Assembly: GCA_050948825.1 (NCBI GenBank)
Contig: JBMNEO010000010.1
Location: 52,740 to 116,739, forward strand
Direction of reading: 5' to 3'
DNA: 64,000 bases
From: Dethiobacteria bacterium
Lineage (GTDB): Bacteria > Bacillota > Dethiobacteria > DTU022 > UBA8154
Numbering within the stretch: the stretch's first letter is position 1; every line of letters begins with the position of its first letter. Below are positions 38,893 to 48,427 of this stretch, piece by piece. The translations under genes were made by a program, and so were the position numbers. The notes under the pieces were generated by a model. That model was not told the DNA's origin, searched no databases, and saw only the letters and a program-made list of their open reading frames with translations.

Positions 38893-38920
38893 ATTCGACA
38901 AATATTGTATAAAACCTGCT
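38893..38920 (-). promoter_or_regulatory. SigH-like promoter with overlapping Spo0A box upstream of dam
   Basis: Minus strand GCAGG-N18-GAAT containing TGTCGAA. Confidence 0.45.
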
Positions 38921-39068
38921 AATAACACCAGGCGGATGAACATTGCGGGGTGAAACATTCCGATAAGCGCTTCACCCCGGGTGGAACTATTTCGGAAAGC
39001 GCCTTACTGTGGGTATAAAGCATTTTCCTCCTGTCAATAATAGAATTAAAAAGGGAGGATGAAAAACC

Positions 39069-40064
39069 GTGGGGCGATTTTTATTATCAGCCATTATTTT
39101 ATTTGTCATTGGCGGTATTTTTTTTATGGTTCCTGAGCGGGAGACTCCAACTCCGGAGAACCCTTTTTTAACCCTCCAACATATAATGAAACTGGCAGAA
39201 GCTTCTATTGTTGAAGGTGAAATCCATTACTGGGCATCGCTTGGTCCATCCCCGGAAAGCCTTTCCCTGGAGGATCTTGAATCCAGGGCGGATGAACTCC
39301 TGGGACGTATTGTCAATCAGGACCAAGAATGTGTTTCCGTTGCGGAGAATATTTCTACGAGATCAGCCGGCATAAAGAACTCAGCTGAGCAAGGCAGTTC
39401 AAGTGGTTCGGGTGTGTATGGCAGCTCAGTGAGCTTAAGTGGTTCAGATGACTCAAGCAGCTCAAGCGTTCCAAGCGATTCAAAAAGCGATGCGTTTTTC
39501 GAACCCGAAGACAAAAAGGGATTCGCCCACGCTGTATACCGTTTCGGAGAGTCCGCAGTGGACCTAAAGGAAGGAGAAGACTCCTCTCCCGAATATATGG
39601 TGGTTGAGAGGGAGCAAGAACTGTTTTCCGGGGGTCACGCCAGGCTTTTGCTGCAGCATATGGATCAGGATGGCCAAAAGGTTATGCACCTGCAGCTTAC
39701 CATTACCCGGCAAGGCGATACAGATCAGCTGGGCGATCTGGTTTCCCGGCTCCCTGCAGCTCTCAAATCGGAAGCTGAAAGCAGCAATCTATCCCTTTGC
39801 CTGATGGGGCATATTGATGGAGAACTGAATCCGGCGCAGATGGAACAACTGGCACAGGGCATTACTCGCCAAATAGGCGGGGAGCAGGTCCAGAGTGTTC
39901 AAGATGGGGCTATGGTAAGCGTTACCGGTTATACCCCTGAACTGGGGGATTATTTGAAGGCGGAAAACCTGCGAATCAATCTCAACCTGGCCATGCGTTA
40001 CGATGATTACCTTGGTAAAACTGTCATCTGGGCTGGAACTCCGCTCATAGCAGGGCAGTATTAG
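39069..40064 (+). CDS. ywmB: YwmB-family (TATA-binding-like fold) protein with Ser-rich insertion
   Basis: VSVTGYTP, INLNLAMRY, GTPLI..Y C-terminus; upstream of murA. Confidence 0.75.
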   Translation: MGRFLLSAIILFVIGGIFFMVPERETPTPENPFLTLQHIMKLAEASIVEGEIHYWASLGPSPESLSLEDLESRADELLGRIVNQDQECVSVAENISTRSAGIKNSAEQGSSSGSGVYGSSVSLSGSDDSSSSSVPSDSKSDAFFEPEDKKGFAHAVYRFGESAVDLKEGEDSSPEYMVVEREQELFSGGHARLLLQHMDQDGQKVMHLQLTITRQGDTDQLGDLVSRLPAALKSEAESSNLSLCLMGHIDGELNPAQMEQLAQGITRQIGGEQVQSVQDGAMVSVTGYTPELGDYLKAENLRINLNLAMRYDDYLGKTVIWAGTPLIAGQY

Positions 40065-40089
40065 CGGGCAGTACCGGGGAGGTATTTAT

Positions 40090-41352
40090 TTGGAAAGGAT
40101 AATCGTAGAAGGGGGCGTCCCGCTCATGGGGCGGGTTAGGATAAAAGGTGCAAAAAATGCCTGTCTGCCTATGATGGCTGCTTCCCTTTTAACTCCGGAA
40201 AGCGTGGTCCTGGAAGATGTGCCGGACCTGGAGGATGTTCGTACAATGTCCCGGCTTTTAAAAGCCCTCGGCGTGGAAATTTTTCGTGATCGCAAAAACG
40301 AGCGCATCGTTTTAAATTCCCGCCGCCTGATTTCTTCAACGGCTCCGTTCGGCCCGGTGCGCCGCATGCGGGCTTCATTTTTGGTTATGGGCCCCCTGCT
40401 GGCCAGAGAAGGGCACTCCCGTGTTTCCTTTCCCGGAGGTTGCGCAATAGGTATGAGACCTATAGACCTGCACCTGAAAGGCCTGGAAGTAATGGGGGCA
40501 CAGTTTACAATGGATGAAGGTTATATCGAAGCAGAAACGCCATGTCTGCAGGGTGCTACGGTTTATTTGGATTATCCCAGCGTAGGCGCTACCGAAAATA
40601 TTCTTATGGCCGCTGTTCTAGCCCGGGGGACAACCGTTATTGAAAACGCCGCTGCTGAGCCGGAGGTTGTTGATCTTGCCAACTTCCTGAACAGCTTGGG
40701 GGCGAGGATTATAGGGGCGGGGACGCCCCTTATTCGGGTGGAGGGCGTTACTTCATTAAAAGGCGGGAGTTACAGGGTTATCCCAGATCGCATTGAGGCA
40801 GGTACTTTTATGATCGCCGCTGCTATCAGCGGTGGAGATATCATTCTGGAAAATGTTATCAGCGAACATTTAACTGCGGTAATCGCCAAGCTACAGGAAA
40901 CAGGGGCGCTTGTGGAAGAACCCCGGAAAGGGCTGCTGCGCGTGAGATCTCGGGGACGCCCCGTGCCGGTGGATATTAAAACCCTGCCTTATCCCGGCTT
41001 TCCCACGGACCTGCAGCCCCAGTTCATGGCCTTGCTCTCCCTGGCCTTAGGTACCAGCGTTATCTCGGAGACGGTCTTCGAAAAGCGTTTTATGCACGTT
41101 GCAGAGATTGCCCGTATGGGGGCAAAGATCCGCATTGAAGAGCGAACGGCTATCGTCACCGGGCAGCCGTTGTTGCAGGGGGCAGTAGTTCGCGCTCCCG
41201 ACCTCAGGGGAGGCGCGGCCCTGGTACTATCAGCTCTTGCCGCAAGAGGTATTTCTGAAATAAGGGGTGTCGAGCACATCCGGCGCGGGTACAGCCGCCT
41301 GGTTGGGCGCCTCAGGTCTCTGGGCGGGCGAGTTTATATGTTGCCAGCCTGA
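40090..41352 (+). CDS. murA: UDP-N-acetylglucosamine 1-carboxyvinyltransferase
   Basis: GAKNA, MRAS, PGGCAIG.RP (Cys type), PDRIEAGT, PGFPTD. Confidence 0.96.
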   Translation: MERIIVEGGVPLMGRVRIKGAKNACLPMMAASLLTPESVVLEDVPDLEDVRTMSRLLKALGVEIFRDRKNERIVLNSRRLISSTAPFGPVRRMRASFLVMGPLLAREGHSRVSFPGGCAIGMRPIDLHLKGLEVMGAQFTMDEGYIEAETPCLQGATVYLDYPSVGATENILMAAVLARGTTVIENAAAEPEVVDLANFLNSLGARIIGAGTPLIRVEGVTSLKGGSYRVIPDRIEAGTFMIAAAISGGDIILENVISEHLTAVIAKLQETGALVEEPRKGLLRVRSRGRPVPVDIKTLPYPGFPTDLQPQFMALLSLALGTSVISETVFEKRFMHVAEIARMGAKIRIEERTAIVTGQPLLQGAVVRAPDLRGGAALVLSALAARGISEIRGVEHIRRGYSRLVGRLRSLGGRVYMLPA

Positions 41353-42366
41353 TGTGGAAAAAGAGCTAATCTCCGTACCCGGATAATAGTATTTGATAAT
41401 AGTGGTATAGTCATCTCCCTCTTTAGCCATCCCATCCGCACCGTACTGGCACATGCCCACTCCATGGCCGTACCCCCTGGTGCTGAAAATAATTTTTTTC
41501 CCCTCCACTCTCCATTGAAAGGAGGTCGAGGGCAACCCCAGCAGGCTGCGCACGTCTGTTCCGCTGTACCTTTGCCCGGGTTTTCCGATATTCAGGGACA
41601 GATTGCGCCCGCTTTTACTGCGCTGGACCACCTCCAGTAGCGGGGTGTTGCCCTCAGCCAGTACCGGAATCGCCTCCTTTTTGTTATTGAACGCAGCTGC
41701 AAATGACGAGAGCTCCATTGCTATCTCCTGCCTGTAGTGTGGTGAATGCCGGCAGTAGCTGCACTCCACACTCTGCAGATATGGACCGCCGCCTCCACTC
41801 CATACATCCCACGCATTTTCAGTCATCCCCCCGCAGGTGGAATGATAGACTGCCGGGATGAGGTTGCCCCCATATGTTACGACGAGCCCGCCGGTTGAGC
41901 TGACCGCTTTCCGGATTTTCTCCAGGTTTGCAGGCGCATCTTCGGGTGGCCATTTTCCCAGCGCTTGCTGATCATCTTCCCAGGCCTGACAACACGCGGC
42001 GTCCGTACAGAGATCTGCCCCCGGATGATTCCGGCAGCCCTCACCTCCCAGATCCAGAGACTTGTGCAGTGTGTAGGTGCGCGTAACAACGGCCTGGGCT
42101 TTCAGGGCTTCCAAATTAAAAGCGGCCGGCATCTCTGCGGCAACCGCGCCTGCAAGATACTCTTCCAGCTCAATCTCCCTGATCTCCCCCTGGTCGGCAA
42201 GATAAACCCGGAGTATTAAATCTTCTTCTGTAATCAGAGCTGGCTCTGTGCCCTCGGGTTTTGGCGTCACTTCTTCGTCCCACTTCCACCAGTTTTCAAC
42301 CAGCACAGCCGGAAGAAGTATCAACACCAGAGTCATAAAAAATATGTAAAGCAGAAGTGTTTTCAA
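41230..42366 (-). CDS. spoIID: Stage II sporulation protein D (lytic transglycosylase)
   Basis: LEEYL.G.VAAEMP, EALKAQA, YHSTCGG.TE, GYGHGVGMCQYGA, YYPG. Confidence 0.92.
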   Translation of the reverse strand: MKTLLLYIFFMTLVLILLPAVLVENWWKWDEEVTPKPEGTEPALITEEDLILRVYLADQGEIREIELEEYLAGAVAAEMPAAFNLEALKAQAVVTRTYTLHKSLDLGGEGCRNHPGADLCTDAACCQAWEDDQQALGKWPPEDAPANLEKIRKAVSSTGGLVVTYGGNLIPAVYHSTCGGMTENAWDVWSGGGGPYLQSVECSYCRHSPHYRQEIAMELSSFAAAFNNKKEAIPVLAEGNTPLLEVVQRSKSGRNLSLNIGKPGQRYSGTDVRSLLGLPSTSFQWRVEGKKIIFSTRGYGHGVGMCQYGADGMAKEGDDYTTIIKYYYPGTEISSFSTSGWQHINSPAQRPEAPNQAAVPAPDVLDTPYFRNTSCGKS

Positions 42367-42377
42367 TTTTCCCTCCT

Positions 42378-42408
42378 TGCGACACTAGGGACGGTTCTCG
42401 CTGTCGCA
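42378..42408. repeat. REP-like palindrome abutting the spoIID SD
   Basis: TGCGACACTAGGGACGGTTCTCGCTGTCGCA. Confidence 0.85.
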
Positions 42409-42670
42409 TTCATACAATAAAGTAATCAAGGGGGACGGTTATAATAATTACCTTGCAATGCTTTTTGCTGTTGCCCACATTGCCGATCGCTAGGTCGGGA
42501 AGTACAGGACTTTTTACGCCCTTTTTCCCGTAAAATCATTTTATGACAGGTCAATTAATTTATTTTATTAATAGTAATTTGTAATTATGAAAGAGTAACA
42601 AATTGATATAATCGCCCCTTATTGATTCTGTGTATGGGGATTGCCGGGCTCCAAGGCTTCTGAACTATCC

Positions 42671-42827
42671 CAAAAAGTCATTATCTATGAATTGAATTTG
42701 AGAAATCACCGCTTATAAAATTAAAAGGCCTTTCTTGTTTGCAGCGTTGATATAAATTAGAAAAACGAACATTGTCTCCCCACTTTTGAAAAATGATAAC
42801 TAAAATGGATTTTTGCAGTGGGATCAA
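42671..42827. mobile_element. MITE-like non-coding element, copy 2 (inverted, one end degenerate)
   Basis: Shared blocks with the reverse complement of 23626-23793: ATGAATTGAATTTGAGA, CTTGTTTGCAGC, CCACTTTTGAAA, AAAATGGA..TTTT.CAGTGG. Confidence 0.6.
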
Positions 42828-42833
42828 CATTGG

Positions 42834-42862
42834 GATTAAAAAACTTTAGTATGGGCATAATA
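42834..42862 (+). promoter_or_regulatory. SigF-like promoter of spoIIQ-like gene
   Basis: GATTA-N15-GGCATAATA; spoIIQ is SigF-dependent in characterized Bacillota. Confidence 0.5.
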
Positions 42863-42885
42863 TCCTCTAATGGAGGTGAAAACCA

Positions 42886-44070
42886 ATGTCTATATTGACA
42901 AAATGGAAGAATGCTTTGGTTAACCAATTGAATGCCTTTCGAATAAAGGACAGGCATAGCAAAAAAGAGGGGAGCCCCTCCCCGGGCGGTTCACCGCTAA
43001 ACGAATCTAGAGATAAATGGATAAAAATATTTTCAAGGCGCAGCGTTATCCTGGCAGGAGTGTACCTCGTTCTAGTGGTTCTGCTTCTATCCCTGGCGGT
43101 TTTACGGTGGGGTAAGATCCCTTTCCCGGAAATCCCGGGTGTTAAAAGGGAGATGGGTGATGTTTTGCCCGGTGGAGGTGAAACAGGGGAGATCCAGTTA
43201 GAAAGCGAAGGGGAGATACCCGCTCCGAATCAGCAGGTGGAAAACGGGGGGAAAAGCGCTAATCCTTCCTCTTTGGCGGAAGGATGGCTGACCCTGGATA
43301 CGGGCAATGAAGAAGGACAGGGCAGCGAAAGAGAGCCGGGTATTGAAGGCGGCCAGGCAGAGAAGGGAAAAGAGGCGCCGTTAGAAGAGGGCCTTACAGC
43401 TGTACAGGCTAGAGATATTTATTTGTCGCAAGCCGCTTCCCCTCTGCCGGAATGGTCTTTGCACAGCCCTTTTAATGCCTATAACAGTTACAGGCTTCCC
43501 TCCGGAGGCGTGCTGCACAGCTTTTCGCGCGGCGTTTATTTCAGAGCAACGCCCGGTGCGCCAGTCTCTGCGCTGTGGGACGGTTATGTGGTAAAAGCGA
43601 GCGGGGAAGACAGTCCTTACAGTAACTCCGTGCTCATCAAACACGATGGCGGTTTCACGAGCTATTACGGAAACCTGTGGGAAGTCTGGGTAGAAGAAGG
43701 CAGATTTATTAACAGGGGGGAAAATATCGGCCTCATGCCGCATAATCCTCCGCACGGGACCCTGGCAGTGAGTACATCAAACGTTTACCGGGAAAGTAAC
43801 GCCGACGCAAATCGCGAAAGTAACACTGTTCGGGACCGCGAGCTTCAGCAGGTACCTATCCGAACTATCTTGAGCGGTTACCGCGGAGGGGATATTGTCG
43901 AATCATGGTGCGGGGAAATGATATACGGTGATGAAAAACAGGCCGATTCAGCAGATAATATGGTATCTGCCCCCTTATTCTATGAAGAGAGCCCCCTTCT
44001 TTATGTAGAGGTTCGTTTTTCAAACAACAGTTTTCTGGATCCCCTCGAGTTCATCCCTGCGAGGAATTAA
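42886..44070 (+). CDS. spoIIQ: SpoIIQ-like degenerate M23 (LytM) membrane protein
   Basis: One TM, IKHDGG..SYYGNL, YVEVR..DP; metal ligands degenerate; position before spoIIID. Confidence 0.65.
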   Translation: MSILTKWKNALVNQLNAFRIKDRHSKKEGSPSPGGSPLNESRDKWIKIFSRRSVILAGVYLVLVVLLLSLAVLRWGKIPFPEIPGVKREMGDVLPGGGETGEIQLESEGEIPAPNQQVENGGKSANPSSLAEGWLTLDTGNEEGQGSEREPGIEGGQAEKGKEAPLEEGLTAVQARDIYLSQAASPLPEWSLHSPFNAYNSYRLPSGGVLHSFSRGVYFRATPGAPVSALWDGYVVKASGEDSPYSNSVLIKHDGGFTSYYGNLWEVWVEEGRFINRGENIGLMPHNPPHGTLAVSTSNVYRESNADANRESNTVRDRELQQVPIRTILSGYRGGDIVESWCGEMIYGDEKQADSADNMVSAPLFYEESPLLYVEVRFSNNSFLDPLEFIPARN

Positions 44071-44122
44071 TTATGTCTTTTGCACATATAAATTTACAAA
44101 TGCCAGTGAAGGGGGCAGCTCC

Positions 44123-44401
44123 ATGCAGGATTATATTCTCCAAAGAGTAATGGAAATTACCAATTATATCATGGAGACAGGCTTTACCGTGCGGCAGACA
44201 GCCCAGGTCTTTGGGGTTAGTAAAAGTACGGTTCACAAAGACGTTACTGAACGCCTTCCGCAGATAAATGAACATTTATTTCGGGAGGTGCGTAAGATAC
44301 TGGAAAGAAATAAAGCAGAGCGTCATCTGCGGGGTGGTGAAGCTACCCGCCGCAAATATCTTTATGAAGAGGATCTGCAGGAAAAGGCAATCAACAAATA
44401 A
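44123..44401 (+). CDS. spoIIID: Sporulation regulator SpoIIID
   Basis: TVRQTA..FGVSKSTVHKD, ERHLRGGEAT. Confidence 0.96.
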   Translation: MQDYILQRVMEITNYIMETGFTVRQTAQVFGVSKSTVHKDVTERLPQINEHLFREVRKILERNKAERHLRGGEATRRKYLYEEDLQEKAINK

Positions 44402-44434
44402 TTTTTCCCAATTTTAAGCAAACCTGTTAAAAAT

Positions 44435-44462
44435 AGAGGAAAACATCCCGTGAATGGAGAAT
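44435..44462 (+). promoter_or_regulatory. SigH-like promoter upstream of mbl
   Basis: AGAGGAAAA-N12-GGAGAAT. Confidence 0.4.
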
Positions 44463-44542
44463 TAATTCGCTAAATAAACCTTTTAACTTGAAAGGGAAAT
44501 AATTCCAGTAATATTTTTAGCATAGGGGAGAGGTGTAAGGTA

Positions 44543-45571
44543 ATGGGCTTGTTAACAGATATGGGCATTGATCTTGGGACCGCAACTGTACTGGTTTATT
44601 TGAAAGGAAAAGGTATTGTCCTGAATGAGCCCTCTGTTGTTGCCATAGATCAGCAGACCGGGAAAGTACTGGCCGTGGGGGGAGACGCTCAAAAGATGCT
44701 GGGAAGGACCCCGGGCAACATTATCGCCATCCGACCTTTGCGTGAGGGCGTCATAGCCGATTTTGATGCTACTGAGATTATGTTGAAGTATTTTATCTTT
44801 GAAGTATGCAAAAGGAGGCGGCTTTTCAGGCCGCGCGTTGTGGTCTGTATTCCAGCAGGGACGACTTCCGTAGAAAAGAAGGCGGTTATTGAAGCTGTTG
44901 CCAGAACAGGTGCCAAGGAGGCCTATCTGATCGAGGAGCCGCGAGCTGCAGCCCTGGGCGCGGGCCTTGATATTTTTGAGCCCAGCGGGAACATGGTGGT
45001 GGATATTGGCGGAGGGACTACAGATATAGCTGTCCTCTCTATGGGCGAAACAGTGGTTTCATGCAGCGTCCGCGTAGGCGGGGACAAGTTTGATGATGCC
45101 ATTACCCGTTATCTTAAAAAAGAGAAAAATATCCTTATCGGAGAACGTTCTGCCGAAACCTTAAAGAAAGAAATAGGGTCTGCCTGCCCGGGAAGCCGTT
45201 CTTTAAAGACAGAGGTTCGCGGCCGCGACATGGTCAGCGGTTTGCCCCGCTCACTTGAAGTAAGCACGGAAATGATTCTGGAAGCAACCAACGAACCCCT
45301 CTGGATAATTATCCAGGGCATCCGACAGGTTTTGGAAAAAACCCCTCCCGAGCTGGCCGGTGATATATATGATAAGGGGATTGTTATTACCGGTGGTGGT
45401 GCTTTACTGGACGGCCTGAGCAGGGTGATCGCCGAACAGACAGGTGTCCCCGTATATCTGGCGGATGATCCTGTTGCGAGCGTTGCTCTGGGCACCGGAA
45501 AAGCCCTGGATGTCCTTGATCGCATATCGGGAACCCTTATTTCTACCAGGACGATCTCAGCGGCTTTATGA
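44543..45571 (+). CDS. mbl: MreB-like actin (Mbl by synteny)
   Basis: GIDLGTA, NEPSVVA, DIGGGTT, TGGGALL; follows spoIIID. Confidence 0.9.
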   Translation: MGLLTDMGIDLGTATVLVYLKGKGIVLNEPSVVAIDQQTGKVLAVGGDAQKMLGRTPGNIIAIRPLREGVIADFDATEIMLKYFIFEVCKRRRLFRPRVVVCIPAGTTSVEKKAVIEAVARTGAKEAYLIEEPRAAALGAGLDIFEPSGNMVVDIGGGTTDIAVLSMGETVVSCSVRVGGDKFDDAITRYLKKEKNILIGERSAETLKKEIGSACPGSRSLKTEVRGRDMVSGLPRSLEVSTEMILEATNEPLWIIIQGIRQVLEKTPPELAGDIYDKGIVITGGGALLDGLSRVIAEQTGVPVYLADDPVASVALGTGKALDVLDRISGTLISTRTISAAL

Positions 45572-45677
45572 TTGTCTTGCGGTCCAAATCCGGAAAAATT
45601 GCTTTATCAATAAGTAAATCAATTAGTAATTAATAACTCTAGCCATACGCAGCCACTGCTGAACACCTTGCGGAGCA

Positions 45678-45705
45678 AATAAACGGACAGCTATGTCCGT
45701 TTATT
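45678..45705. terminator. Probable bidirectional terminator between convergent genes
   Basis: AATAAACGGACA-GCTA-TGTCCGTTTATT perfect 12-bp stem. Confidence 0.65.
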
Positions 45706-45774
45706 ATTTAGGAGCTTTTTAAAGTTCGTTAACGGAGGTTAGCAAGCTTCGGGAGGAATAACGGGAGAAATAAG

Positions 45775-48153
45775 TTATGTCTGTCGGCGATACTTTCGGC
45801 GATACTTATTATCTTGGTAGCCATACAGCTTTGCAGCCAGATAGAAAAGAACCAGCCCCAGCAGCAGCCCCATTGCCGCTCCATAAACAGTGCCCAGCAG
45901 GGAAAGGCTTACCGGGCGGTGCAGGTGCATAAAAGTGTTGAAAAGAGAGATCTGCCCCAGCAATCCGAGCACCAGCGCCAGCGGTTTTGCCCCCCTGATG
46001 CCTGCAGGGTAGAGCGCTGCCATCAGGAAAAGCCCGGGATGGCCGATGAGGAACTCCTTAAACCTTGGCCGCGCTATGAAGATTATCTCCAGCTGACGCC
46101 GTAAGGCCAGCTCAATTTCGCTCACCGGAAGAAGGGGGATGTTCCCACCTCGCACGAGATAGACCAGCAATACCCCACCGGCCAGAACAAGAGCAAACAA
46201 GTACTTGACCTTTACCTCCTTATTCAGCAATTCCGTTATTTCGTTCCACAGGCCCCCTCTTTTTTGCTGCAAAATAAACAGCCCGAGCACGATAAAGGGT
46301 CCGACCTGGGATATTTTAACCCCGCCGAAGGCCTCAATTTTTAAAATATACTCTGTGCTCCCCAGGATGCCGGAAGCTGCAAGCGCACCCCCTGCGGAAA
46401 AGAGCGTACAGCATAAAAATCCCTTCACGATTTCCGTTAAATAGCCTCGTTCTCTGCATTTTGAAAAAGCGGGTTCCAGGAAGAGAATAACACCCAGAGT
46501 CGGGAAAACAAGGGATGCAAGCAGGGCTGTGCCCTTTTCCAGGAAGATCGCTGAGGGCAGGCGGCTCAGCAACAGCGAAGAACCTCCTCCTGCAGCGATA
46601 GCCGGTGCCCAGCTATTATAGAGCATGGGTAAAGCAGCGGCTGCAAGGAAAAGACAGATGCTTAAGGCAATAAATACCCTTTCTTTCTGTTGGTTCAGCC
46701 GTGCTTTTATGCGCTGCTCCTTTGTTACGAAGGCCTGCGAGGTGATTGCTGTTTCGGCAGGCGTTATTTCCGGCTTTGTTACCCCTGTTACCCCTGTTAC
46801 GCCTGCTGCTCCTGTTGCACATGACATTCCTGTTACCTCCGCCGCCCCGGTTTCTCCTGTTATTCCTGCTGCTCCTGTTGACCCTTCCACTCTTGTTATC
46901 CCAATTTTTCTGGAAACTCCTTGTCTGGAGGTTCTATGTTTCCTTTTTTTCTTTCCCGGAAGTGGCAGGTTGGTTCTTCCCAGGAGGAAGAGCCCGGCCA
47001 GGAAGGCAGCTGAAACTGCTACTCCGGCAAAAAGCAACGCTTGCACTCCTGGATGGATGTTGAAAATGGAGAAAGGCGAGCATTCTCCCACTTCAAACCC
47101 TGCTCTTTCCAGGTCGTCTGCCACTCTCTTTATAAAAGGAAGATAGGCGGGTAACTCCCCGCGCGGGTCGAGTTCCGGGAAGGGGTTGAGCAGTAGCAAC
47201 CTCACGCTGCGTTCCTGAACAGCTCGCAGAAACCGTTCGCTCGCGCGTTCTTCTCCCAGCTGTCCAAGCTCGGCGGTAGGGATTTGGTGCGTCCGTACAA
47301 CCCTGTAATCCAGCTGCGAGGCGAGCCCCCTCAAGCCTTTTCCCGCAGTAAATTCCACGTTTCCCAGGGTGAGCTCTTTTTCCGCAAACAGAACTCCAGT
47401 GTCTCCCCGGGGTGCGGGATAAGTAAATGACGGGGAAGGAAAGGCTACCGGTCCCAGAATGATTTCCTCTTCTTCGATGATTATCTCCAGCTGCGAAGCA
47501 AGCGCACTCCAGTATTGTTCACTTATTTCCGGTGTAAGCCGCGAAGGTGCATAAAAATGTGGAATGATTCTTAACCCGGCAGCGTTCCAGAGCCGCATCT
47601 GTTCACGCGGCATGATCAGGGGTAATTCTTCCATAACAGGGATATAGCTGTTAGGGATAAAAAGAGGTTCGTTACCGGTCAGGGAAGCAACGCTCTTAAC
47701 CTGCTCGGCTTTTATTGTCTCCCCGAGCAGTGATAAAAGGGCCGCCTGCAAGATTTCATGGAGCTCTTTTTCTTCAGTGAGAATAAATAATCCTCCGGGC
47801 AGATTCCCCCCGGGCAGTTCGCCATAACCGTCCAGGACGCCCAGCGCTTGCAGACGCCGGATTTCAGACACGTCCAGAAGAGTAATTCGTCCCATGCCCT
47901 CCAGTTCTGCTATGGTGAGAGGACGCACGCCCACAGCTGTGCACCCGGCTTTTTTAAGGTCCTCCAATTGGTTTGCCGTATTAAACCCGTTCTGCTGCGG
48001 GCTTTCTGCGAACAGCAGGCGGGAGTCAACGGCAAGTTCAACCTGTTGGTTATAATTATGCAATAAATGGCGCTGGACGGCGGCCCAGGCGCCTGCTGCC
48101 ACGGACATAATGAGGAGCACTGCAAAAATTGTTTTTATTACCGGTCGCATCAT
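45775..48153 (-). CDS. DUF5693-family membrane protein
   Basis: RAVQERSVR, FGGVK, RPRFKEFLIGHP, GQISLFNTFMHLH motifs. Confidence 0.8.
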   Translation of the reverse strand: MMRPVIKTIFAVLLIMSVAAGAWAAVQRHLLHNYNQQVELAVDSRLLFAESPQQNGFNTANQLEDLKKAGCTAVGVRPLTIAELEGMGRITLLDVSEIRRLQALGVLDGYGELPGGNLPGGLFILTEEKELHEILQAALLSLLGETIKAEQVKSVASLTGNEPLFIPNSYIPVMEELPLIMPREQMRLWNAAGLRIIPHFYAPSRLTPEISEQYWSALASQLEIIIEEEEIILGPVAFPSPSFTYPAPRGDTGVLFAEKELTLGNVEFTAGKGLRGLASQLDYRVVRTHQIPTAELGQLGEERASERFLRAVQERSVRLLLLNPFPELDPRGELPAYLPFIKRVADDLERAGFEVGECSPFSIFNIHPGVQALLFAGVAVSAAFLAGLFLLGRTNLPLPGKKKRKHRTSRQGVSRKIGITRVEGSTGAAGITGETGAAEVTGMSCATGAAGVTGVTGVTKPEITPAETAITSQAFVTKEQRIKARLNQQKERVFIALSICLFLAAAALPMLYNSWAPAIAAGGGSSLLLSRLPSAIFLEKGTALLASLVFPTLGVILFLEPAFSKCRERGYLTEIVKGFLCCTLFSAGGALAASGILGSTEYILKIEAFGGVKISQVGPFIVLGLFILQQKRGGLWNEITELLNKEVKVKYLFALVLAGGVLLVYLVRGGNIPLLPVSEIELALRRQLEIIFIARPRFKEFLIGHPGLFLMAALYPAGIRGAKPLALVLGLLGQISLFNTFMHLHRPVSLSLLGTVYGAAMGLLLGLVLFYLAAKLYGYQDNKYRRKYRRQT

Positions 48154-48226
48154 ATTCTGCCTTTCCCCCTATTTTCCGCAGGAAGCATACAGGAAGCCAA
48201 AATCATAAATAGAGCTTAAATAAAGA

Positions 48227-48306
48227 AGGAAATAATAGGGCATAAGGATAAATAATTAGGATAAATAATCAAGATAATAATTAGGAAATAATCAGGATAA
48301 ATAATT
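48227..48306. repeat. Degenerate minisatellite (AGGATAAATAAT)
   Basis: About six 11-13-nt units in a divergent intergenic region. Confidence 0.75.
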
Positions 48307-48427
48307 TCTTGATCAGACCCACCGGTTCCTGCCTTTAAATTTATAGATTCAGTATATACAACAATCACCAATGTAGCAAGACTATTTCCTCAGGCTACTT
48401 CTTCCACCCTTAAGGAGGGACTCGAAA

